64,000 nt of DNA, from assembly GCA_964016885.1 (NCBI GenBank), contig OZ024743.1, positions 88,102,001-88,166,000 on the forward strand, read 5' to 3'. Shown in pieces: positions 54,290 to 64,000 of this stretch (its first letter is position 1; each line of letters starts with the position of its first letter). The DNA comes from Eledone cirrhosa. Its lineage: Eukaryota. The translations under genes were made by a program, and so were the position numbers. The notes beneath the pieces are model-generated. The model saw nothing but the letters and a program-made list of their open reading frames with translations. It had not been told where the DNA came from and searched no databases.

Positions 54290-54505
54290 GAGGCGCGTGG
54301 CTTAGTTGTTAGAGAACTGGATTCACAATCGTGAGGTTGTGAGTTCGATTCCCGAACCGGGCGATGCGTTATGTCCTTGAGCAAGACACTTTATTTCACG
54401 TTGCTCCTTCTACCTGGAGTTGCGACCGATAGATAGTATTAGCAATTGGAAAGACCAATGGAAACATTGTTTCCTCGGTCCGATTTGACGAAAGCCGTTC
54501 GACTG

Positions 54506-54540
<35 letters not shown>

Positions 54541-54606
54541 GGAGCTCAACCGTCGGGGTCCTGAATTTTTTCACACATATATGTAGATATATACACACAC
54601 GCTTAT

Positions 54607-54696
<90 letters not shown>

Positions 54697-55020
54697 CAGA
54701 GGTAGAACTATATAAACAATTCTCGAAGGAAAGTAGAGAATTATAATGATAGTATGTATTTGCAACGTTTTATAAGGAATAGCTCAACGTGTTTGTATTA
54801 TATATAAAGGTTTGAAGAGAAAAAAAGTTATTAGTGGGGAAGATGTGGAGGTGGAGGTATAAATGTAGAGGAAATATAAACAAGAGTGTCAATGGAAAAA
54901 TTAACTTCTTTCATTCAAAAAACATATTTATTCTCTTACACATGTTTCGAAAGAGATGTGCATCCAATTTTTTTTTAAACTTTGGGAAACATTTTGCATA
55001 ATCCATGTCCATATATAGGC

Positions 55021-55057
<37 letters not shown>

Positions 55058-55103
55058 CGAAACATAAGTCAATTGCATGAACTCATAATCCTTTAGTTTA
55101 TTT

Positions 55104-55175
55104 ACTGCTATATATATTTCGATGATATATATATTAACTATGCTATATATATTAACTATGACCTCATCAGGCAGT
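55104..55175 (-). ncRNA. Type-I hammerhead ribozyme
   Basis: ACUGC-CUGAUGA-GGUCAUA...UAUCAUC-GAAA-UAUAUA-UA-GCAGU. Confidence 0.78.
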
Positions 55176-56470
55176 TAGTCAGTTCTTAGATATGCCAGCT
55201 CTGTGTTTATAGTGTTGATGGTATCAGAGCCTTGGGACATATGAGCTTGTTAGGAATAATTTAATGTTGTCAGCAGGAATAGTCTTAATTCTCATTGGTC
55301 AGTTTGTAGATGCTAGTAGGGTTGGTATTTGACCTCAAAGAGGCAGGTGGTGTTGTAAAGTTCAAACCGTCAGGCAAGATGACAATAGTTCCATATGACT
55401 GATTTTCACAAAAAGCATTCCTGGTCAGATATATATTCAATTAAGATTAATAGTATGAAATAGATACTACAGGTCATTCTTAAATTGAGGAATTTATGTG
55501 GAGTGGTGTTACTGAAATGTATGGTTAGAGTAGAAAATTTACAAATAAAAAGACTTATGTAGGTTGGCTTGCACATACACTCACACCGACCTCCACAGAC
55601 ACACACACACATCCACACATACAAATTGAGGAATTAATGTGGGGTGGTAATACTTAAAATAATGGTTAGAGTCAAATACTTAGATAGTTTTAAAAATTTA
55701 GAAATAAAAGGCTACACACACAAATCCATACAGGTGTGTATATATATATATGTACGCACAAGTATATATATATAAAATATATATATATACAACACATATA
55801 TATATAAAATATATATATATATAAAATATATATATATATATATATTAAATATACATACATATAAAATACACACACATATAAAATATACATACATATATAT
55901 ATATAAAATACACATATACATATATATATATATATAAAGTGAAGGCGTGTGGCTGAGTGGTTAGAGAATTGGATTCGCAATCGTAAGGTTGTGAGTTCGA
56001 TTCCTGGACCAGGCGATGCGTTATGTCCTTGGGCAAGACACTTTATTTCACGTTGCTCCTTCTACCTGGAGTTGCGACCGATAGATAGTATTAGCAATTG
56101 GAAAGACCAACGGAAACATTGTTCCCTCGGTCCGATTTGACGAAAGTCGATCGTTCCTTAAAAAAAAAAAAAATATATATAAAATATATATATATATATA
56201 TATATATACAAATATAAATTACCGAGAATCGTATTTCGTCTTTGGAATTAGCGAAAAACAACTTCCGAGATGTGTGGCAAGCGCTCAATAATTCTGACGA
56301 ACCAGAGCTACAACATACGTTAAAGGCCAAACACACTGAGACGATGGTTAAACCGTCATCCGCACAACCATAGAAACGACCAAGTAATTCGGGTCAAACA
56401 AATAAAAAAATATGTGATTATATATATAAAATACACATATATACACATATAAAATATATACATATATACA

Positions 56471-56505
<35 letters not shown>

Positions 56506-56673
56506 GATTCAATAAAACGTGGTTTTGATGACTCCTAACCAGTAGAGGATCCGATGGACCATCCACCATAGGGACCACAAACTATGGGTGGTTGTTGTTG
56601 TCCATTGGTCATTGGTACGGGGTGTAGGGGACCTACAGGGGGCGGGGGCGTTGTGGGAGGCCTTAACCGGGGT

Positions 56674-56769
56674 TTATCCATATAGCTTGAGGAAAGTTCC
56701 CGTCCTTAGGTGTCTGCAGGCACCGAATAAGTCGGCCCTTCTGTTTAATAGCTTGATTCCGCCATGAAG
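56674..56769 (-). pseudogene. C-terminal remnant of a second Neptune-like PLE ORF
   Basis: LHGGIKLLNRRADLFGACRHLRTGTFLKLYG* aligns with KKLLNNRIERTLFCRHRTKTLF of the 1-1287 ORF; bounded by (TA)n. Confidence 0.6.
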
Positions 56770-56812
<43 letters not shown>

Positions 56813-57571
56813 TTATTTATATATATGTGTGTATGTAAAGGGTAAACAGAAATAACAACACAATCAGTACAGTATAGGGAAGGAATATATTAGGTTAACG
56901 CTTGTCCTTCATCAGAAGAAAGAATGAGAAATTAGAAAGATTAAAGGGACGGTGTGGGGTGGAATTGGAAAAAAATGTTTTTAGAGAAAAATAACAGGTG
57001 CATTCATGTTGCCATTTCTTAAAAAACTGTTGATGTTGGCGTTTTGTGTATGATATATTTTTTTAGAAAAGTGGTGCATTTCAACTCATCAAAGGTACAT
57101 GTATAGTACATAGAATCATGTAGAAATGTTAGGGAGGTGAACAATGTATGAGACATGACATACACACACCACACACACACACGTGTGTGCGTGGTGTGTG
57201 TGGGGGGAGATATCACACACACGTGTGTGTGGTGTGTGTATGGAGGGGAGATATCAGGTGTTGTGTTGGCGAATTTCAGGAAACATGGAGGTTTTAAAGG
57301 ATGCCGTGTCTCGGCAGCTAACAACTGATGCAAGTAGTTTGTTCCCTGCTTCAGCAACACTGAGCGTGAAAAAATGTTTCATAGCCATCCATGCATATTC
57401 CTTGTTGACGGCGAGATGATAAAATTCTTAAAATGATAACTTTATCATTCCTACCAAAGGTAAAATTATGTTTCATTGACATTCCCGTTCATAATAAAAA
57501 TTGCATCATCTTCCTGACGAGAAGGAATATGCATGGATGGCTCTCTCTATATAAATATGCATATATATATA

Positions 57572-57637
<66 letters not shown>

Positions 57638-57904
57638 AAAGGTAAACAGTAATAACAACACAATCCGTACAGTATATCGAAGGGATATATTAGATTAACG
57701 CTTGATATAGCAGGAAAAGGGTCTTAACGTTTCGGATGCTAGCCCTTCATCAGAAGAAAGAATGAGAAATAAGATAGATTGAGGGGACGGGTGGGATGGA
57801 ATTGGAAAAAATGTCTTTAGATAAAAATAACAGGTTCATTCATATTATATATATATATATAAAGAAAACGAAAAATCAGTGATGCATCTGCACTTAATTT
57901 ATTG

Positions 57905-57995
57905 CGTGTTACAATTGTTTCGCCGGCATGTAGCTCGAGACATGGTCCCTGTATGGATCTGGCTGACTCTACGGCTGCAGGTTCTTTCAGACACG
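57905..57995 (-). ncRNA. Hammerhead motif with long stem II, slightly degenerate
   Basis: CGUGU-CUGAAAGA-...-GAAA-CAAUUG-UA-ACACG; perfect 5-bp stem I, palindromic loop. Confidence 0.65.
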
Positions 57996-58142
57996 GGTGT
58001 TTCGTTCGGAGCAAATTTTATCACTATCTACACTCTACTCTGCTGAATATCGAGTGCTAATTTTGGCATACCGCCTATGGAAGTACCATAGCTACCATTA
58101 TACAAAACTATATTTATATATATATATACACACACACACACT

Positions 58143-58179
<37 letters not shown>

Positions 58180-58214
58180 TGTGAGAAAAACCACAGACCC
58201 TCCATCTCAACTCA

Positions 58215-58252
58215 CCTTTTGAAAAGCAGAAGAACTGCGAAACCGGTAAAGG
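58215..58252 (+). ncRNA. Minimal hammerhead fold with variant core
   Basis: CCUU-UUGAAAA-GCAG-aagaa-CUGC-GAAA-CCGG-UA-AAGG. Confidence 0.6.
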
Positions 58253-58947
58253 AACCAAATAAATATATATATATTTTTTTTTTTAAATAAGACTCCAGTT
58301 GCATTTTCGATTTCATCTCTTTTTCTTTATATATATATATATATCGATTCTTTCTCTATGTCTCCTCTTCCTCCCTATTTTTCTTTCACTTCCTCTCTCT
58401 CGCTCTCCTTCTCTGGAAGAAATCGGCTGTATTCAGACATGGATAGGAGATGGCTTCTGCCGTTTTAATTTGTCCAAGGGACTTCGTATACTACTACAGC
58501 GCCCCTACGACTCCGCGAAGAGTCAGGTACCCATGCACACATCTTTAACATCTTTGTTCTTGATGGGTGGTGTCTTCGGAATATTTAATTTTTTAATAAT
58601 TCATTTTTTTTTTGTGCCAACCAGAATGCAATCATACACATGAGCACACACACACACACATGCACATACAAACACATGCTTACACATACACACACATAGA
58701 CATACACATACTAGCATACACACAAATGCAAATGCATATATATACACATACACACACAGACCTGAACACACACTTGCACACATACATCTATGCGTACACA
58801 AGTACACACACACAACACTTTAGTGTTTTGAAGGTGTATATAGTAAAAAATGAAAGACATGCTCCAATTTCCGGGAACTTCCGGAAGTATGGTGTCTGAC
58901 TAACATTAATCTTGTTTTATTTTATTTTTCTCTCCTCCCCATTTTAT

Positions 58948-58980
<33 letters not shown>

Positions 58981-59384
58981 ATCTATCTATCTATCTCTCT
59001 TTCTTCCTTCTCTCTCTATCTCTCGCTTCTTTCCTCTCTTGCCATCTCTCCCTCCCTTTCTCTCCTCCCATTTTATTCTCTCTCTCTCCCTCTCTCTCTC
59101 TCTCTCTTTCCCACCCAGTGTTGCACTCTCTGTCACCACCTCTACCATTATTACCATCACAATCACCACCTCCACCTTATTACCATCCCCACCACCATCA
59201 CCTTCATTACAGTCACCACCACAGACAGGGTGTATTATCAATTAAACTAAACGAAGGAATGTTTCTATCTTTCTTTAGATCGAACCATACATACATACAT
59301 ACAAACATACATACATACATACATACATACATACATACATACATACATACATACATACATACATACATACATACATACACATAT

Positions 59385-60905
59385 CTGTAATAAAGAACGC
59401 GTAACCAGGGAATACTACACCCGATTAAGAAAGATATGGTCATCGGAACTCTCTGCGCAAAACAAAGCAGTTGCTCACAATGTGTTTGCTGTGCCTTTGG
59501 AATACTCAATTGGACGATAGTCGAAATCCGAGCAGTTGATGTTAGAACTCGAAAAATACTGAACAACACCGGAAACTTCCACATCAACAGTGACATAGAC
59601 CGCCTTTACTTGAAACGTAAGCAGGGCGGCAGAGGCCTAACATCAGTCCAGACAGCATTTGAATGTCGCATCATATCTCTCCGACAACATCTACGAACCT
59701 CGAAGCGTAGGAGCCCGCTTCTCGAGCAAGTCTATCTGCATGAAACAGATAAGATCATGAGAGTTGGGAAGGAACTCCTTGAGAGATATTCCCTGTGTGA
59801 TAATCAAAAACTCACACCCAGGGATGTCGCTCAGCAGTATCGCAGTGAATCCATGGATGAAAAACTGCATGCCTTTCAGCAAAAAATCATGCATGGATAT
59901 GTTGCCAGGAAGCTCCAGAGTGAGAGTAATATAGATAAAGGTAAGTAGTCTATCTTGGACCAACAACCGCTATAGTGGCTCCCACTTTGAAGGATATGCT
60001 TTTGCAATCCAAGAACAGGAGATTAGCACGAAATACCTGATTCACAAAAGAGATAGGGATGCAGGCAAAACACCTAGATGTGATAACAAGTGCAGACTCT
60101 GCAGAACTAACATCGAGGATATCACCCATGTCATCAGCAGCAGTCCAAAGATGTCATCGCGGTACTATCTCCCTATGAGGCATGATGTAGTGGCCAAAAC
60201 ACTGTACAATGTAGTTCGTAAAAAAGATAGCCCCGATAATAAACACATTAAAAGCTACAACAATGTGGAAGACATCCATGTACATAATATGAAAGAGTAC
60301 TGGTGGAATGTTCCAGTAAAGACCCCAATAAAATGCAGGCATAACAGACCAGATATTATGATATGGGACAGGGAGAAGAAAACATGCACAGTAGTGGAAA
60401 TTAGCTGCCCAGCAGATGCCAATATAATATCAAAGAATAGTGAAAAGGAGAATATTTATGCAGAACTGATGAGAAATCTTCAGATACTCCACCCTGATTA
60501 CACCTTCAGATTTATGCCTGTGGTTATTGGGGCACTGGGATATGTTAGTAACTGCCTCAATATAAATATTGAGAAGCTGGGCTTCACAGGAACAGAAAGA
60601 ACACAACTAGTTAGGAAACTACAAGTACAATCCATTAATGGAACAGTAAAAATATGTAAAACATTCCAAAAATTTTGCATCTAATAACTGCATATACACA
60701 TGTACAGATACAAAACATATACACATGCACACATACAACTCAAAACATACACATCCACACATACAATAACATCCATATCTACACATGCATGCATACATAT
60801 CTACCTAGTTGATGTTGTGTAAATTCCAATGAGTCTTGTGTCTATGTTAGAAACCGACTCTCTCTCTATTGGTAAAACTTTGTGAAATTATAAAACCAGA
60901 AGAAC
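59385..60905 (+). pseudogene. 5'-truncated R4/Dong-like non-LTR retrotransposon (RT C-terminus, CCHC knuckle, RLE)
   Basis: IWSSELSAQNKAVAHNVFAVP / FGILNW...RLYLKRKQGGRGL / FEGYAFAIQEQEISTKY...CRLC...EDITHVISSS...RHDVVAK...HNRPDI...VVEISCP...PVVIGALG; frameshifts near 59495 and 59941. Confidence 0.9.
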
Positions 60906-61074
60906 ACACATACACACATACATACACACATACATACATACACACATACATACATACACACATACACACATACATACATACATACATACATACATACATA
61001 CATACATACTGCAGGATCCTACCCAGTCCCCTACCTACCTACTCCACTAACCACATATCTACGCTCCCACCTAA

Positions 61075-64000
61075 ACACCACCTCCCTACTCACCACCACC
61101 AACACCCTGTAACAGTGGAGACCTCTGGTGTCCTTGGCGCTAGGACCACCTCCCTACTTACCACCATTAGCACCCTGTAACAGTGGAGACCTCTGGTGTC
61201 CTTGGTCCTAGAACCACCTGCCTACTCACCACCATTAGCACCCTGTAGCAATGGAGACCTCTGGTGTCCTTGGTCCTAGAACCACCTCCCTACTTACCAC
61301 CATTAGCACCCTGTAGCAGTGGAGACCTCTGGTGTCCTTGGTCCTAGGACCACCTCCCTACTTACCACCATTAGCACCCTGTAGCAATGGAGACCTCTGG
61401 TGTCCTTGGTCCTAGAACCACCTCCCTACTTACCACCATTAGCACCCTGTAACAGTGGAGACCTCTGGTGTCCTTGGCGCTAGGACCACCTGCCTACTCA
61501 CCACCACCAACACCCCGTAACAGTGGAGACCTCTGGTGTCCTTGGTCCTAGAACCACCTCCCTACTTACCACCATTTGCACCCTGTAACAGTGGAGACTT
61601 CTGGTGTCCTTGTCCCTAGGACCTCCTCCCTACTCACCCCATTAGCACCCTGTAACAGTGGAGACCTCTGGTGTCCTTGGTCCTAGAACCACCTCCCTAC
61701 TTACCACCATTAGCACCCTGTAACAGTGGAGACTTCTGGTGTCCTTGTCCCTAGGACCTCCTCCCTACTCACCCCATTAGCACCCTGTAACAGTGGAGAC
61801 CTCTGGTGTCCTTGGTCCTAGGGCCACCTCCCTACTTACCACCATTAGCACCCTGTAACAGTGGAGACTTCTGGTGTCCTTGTCCCTAGGACCTCCTCCC
61901 TACTCACCCCATTAGCACCCTGTAGCAGTGGAGACCTCTGGTGTCCTTGGTCCTAGGGCCACCTCCCTACTTACCACCATTAGCACCCTGTAACAGTGGA
62001 GACCTCTGGTGTCCTTGGTCCTAGGGCCACCTCCCTACTTACCACCATTAGCACCCTGTAGCAATGGAGACCTCTGGTGTCCTTGGTCCTAGGACCACCT
62101 CCCTACTCACCCCATTAGCACCCTGTAACAGTGGAGACCTCTGGTGTCCTTGTCCCTAGGACCTCCTCCCTACTCACCCCATTAGCACCCTGTAGCAGTG
62201 GAGACCTCTGGTGTCCTTGTCCCTAGGACCTCCTCCCTACTCACCCCATTAGCACCCTGTAACAGTGGAGACCTCTGGTGTCCTTGGTCCTAGGGCCACC
62301 TCCCTACTTACCACCATTAGCACCCTGTAGCAGTGGAGACCTCTGGTGTCCTTGGTCCTAGAACCACCTCCCTACTTACCACCATTAGCACCCTGTAACA
62401 GTGGAGACCTCTGGTGTCCTTGGTCCTAGGGCCACCTCCCTACTTACCACCATTAGCACCCTGTAGCAATGGAGACCTCTGGTGTCCTTGGTCCTAGGAC
62501 CACCTCCCTACTTACCACCATTAGCACCCTGTAGCAGTGGAGACCTCTGGTGTCCTTGGTCCTAGGGCCACCTCCCTACTTACCACCATTAGCACCCTGT
62601 AACAGTGGAGACTTCTGGTGTCCTTGTCCCTAGGACCTCCTCCCTACTCACCCCATTAGCACCCTGTAACAGTGGAGACCTCTGGTGTCCTTGGTCCTAG
62701 AACCACCTCCCTACTTACCACCATTAGCACCCTGTAACAGTGGAGACTTCTGGTGTCCTTGTCCCTAGGACCTCCTCCCTACTCACCCCATTAGCACCCT
62801 GTAACAGTGGAGACCTCTGGTGTCCTTGGTCCTAGGGCCACCTCCCTACTTACCACCATTAGCACCCTGTAACAGTGGAGACTTCTGGTGTCCTTGTCCC
62901 TAGGACCTCCTCCCTACTCACCCCATTAGCACCCTGTAGCAGTGGAGACCTCTGGTGTCCTTGGTCCTAGGGCCACCTCCCTACTTACCACCATTAGCAC
63001 CCTGTAGCAATGGAGACCTCTGGTGTCCTTGGTCCTAGGACCACCTCCCTACTCACCACCATTAGCACCCTGTAGCAGTGGAGACCTCTGGTGTCCTTGG
63101 TCCTAGGACCACCTCCCTACTTACCACCATTAGCACCCTGTAGCAGTGGAGACCTCTGGTGTCCTTGGTCCTAGGGCCACCTCCCTACTTACCACCATTA
63201 GCACCCTGTAACAGTGGAGACCTCTGGTGTCCTTGGTCCTAGGACCACCTCCCTAGTCACCACCATCAACACCCTGTAACAGTGGAGACCTCTGGTGTCC
63301 TTGGCCCTAGGACCACCTCCCTACTTACCACCATTAGCACCCTGTAGCAATGGAGACCTCTGGTGTCCTTGGTCCTAGGACCACCTCCCTACTCACCACC
63401 ATTAGCACCCTGTAGCAGTGGAGACCTCTGGTGTCCTTGGTCCTAGGACCACCTCCCTACTTACCACCATTAGCACCCTGTAGCAATGGAGACCTCTGGT
63501 GTCCTTGGTCCTAGGGCCACCTCCCTACTTACCACCATTAGCACCCTGTAGCAGTGGAGACCTCTGGTGTCCTTGGTCCTAGGGCCACCTCCCTACTCAC
63601 CACCATTAGCACCCTGTAGCAGTGGAGACCTCTGGTGTCCTTGGTCCTAGGACCACCTCCCTACTTACCACCATTAGCACCCTGTAGCAGTGGAGACCTC
63701 TGGTGTCCTTGGTCCTAGGGCCACCTCCCTACTTACCACCATTAGCACCCTGTAACAGTGGAGACCTCTGGTGTCCTTGGTCCTAGGACCACCTCCCTAG
63801 TCACCACCATCAACACCCTGTAACAGTGGAGACCTCTGGTGTCCTTGGCCCTAGGACCACCTCCCTACTTACCACCATTAGCACCCTGTAGCAATGGAGA
63901 CCTCTGGTGTCCTTGGTCCTAGGACCACCTCCCTACTCACCACCATTAGCACCCTGTAGCAGTGGAGACCTCTGGTGTCCTTGGTCCTAGGACCACCTCC
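61075..64000 (+). repeat. 68-bp satellite (66-bp variants), about 43 units, running off the window end
   Basis: caccctgtaacagtggagacctctggtgtccttggtcctaggaccacctccctacttaccaccattag; period 68 (61111, 61179, 61247). Confidence 0.98.

Noticed and set aside
57280-57419. Possible phase-compatible downstream exon (tttcAG|GA AAC ATG GAG GTT..., NMEVLKDAVSRQL)
   Set aside because: Weak polypyrimidine tract, no clear donor and no recognisable homology; needs RNA-seq
61075-64000. CRISPR-like or coding array
   Set aside because: No unique spacers; unit length 68/66 breaks frame and contains stops

Overview
Repeat-saturated, AT-rich animal genomic DNA. It is most likely an octopus/coleoid intron-scale region, inferred from the (TA)n/(CA)n/(CATA)n load and the tRNA-head SINE families; this cannot be proven from sequence alone. 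Nearly all ORFs in the track are microsatellite translations. Real coding signal is limited to: the C-terminal RT + GIY-YIG part of a Neptune-like Penelope-like element (PLE, 1-1287), three CRE-like RLE non-LTR fragments, an R4/Dong-like fragment, a Helitron RepHel fragment, an RTE/Expander 3' end, and one probable host exon (15922-16307, +). Two patterns stand out. (1) About 20 short inserts, mostly in or next to (TA)n tracts, carry type-I hammerhead ribozyme (HHR) motifs or halves of them. Many are folded back into long inverted repeats centred on the ribozyme's own stem II or on the (TA)n tract, suggesting a population of non-coding PLE-derived ribozyme/fold-back mini-elements. (2) The 68-bp satellite filling the last 2.9 kb derives from the endonuclease-coding segment of the CRE-like retrotransposon, with monomer, tetramer and long-array stages all present in this window. 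Coordinates were read by eye and may be off by a few bases.
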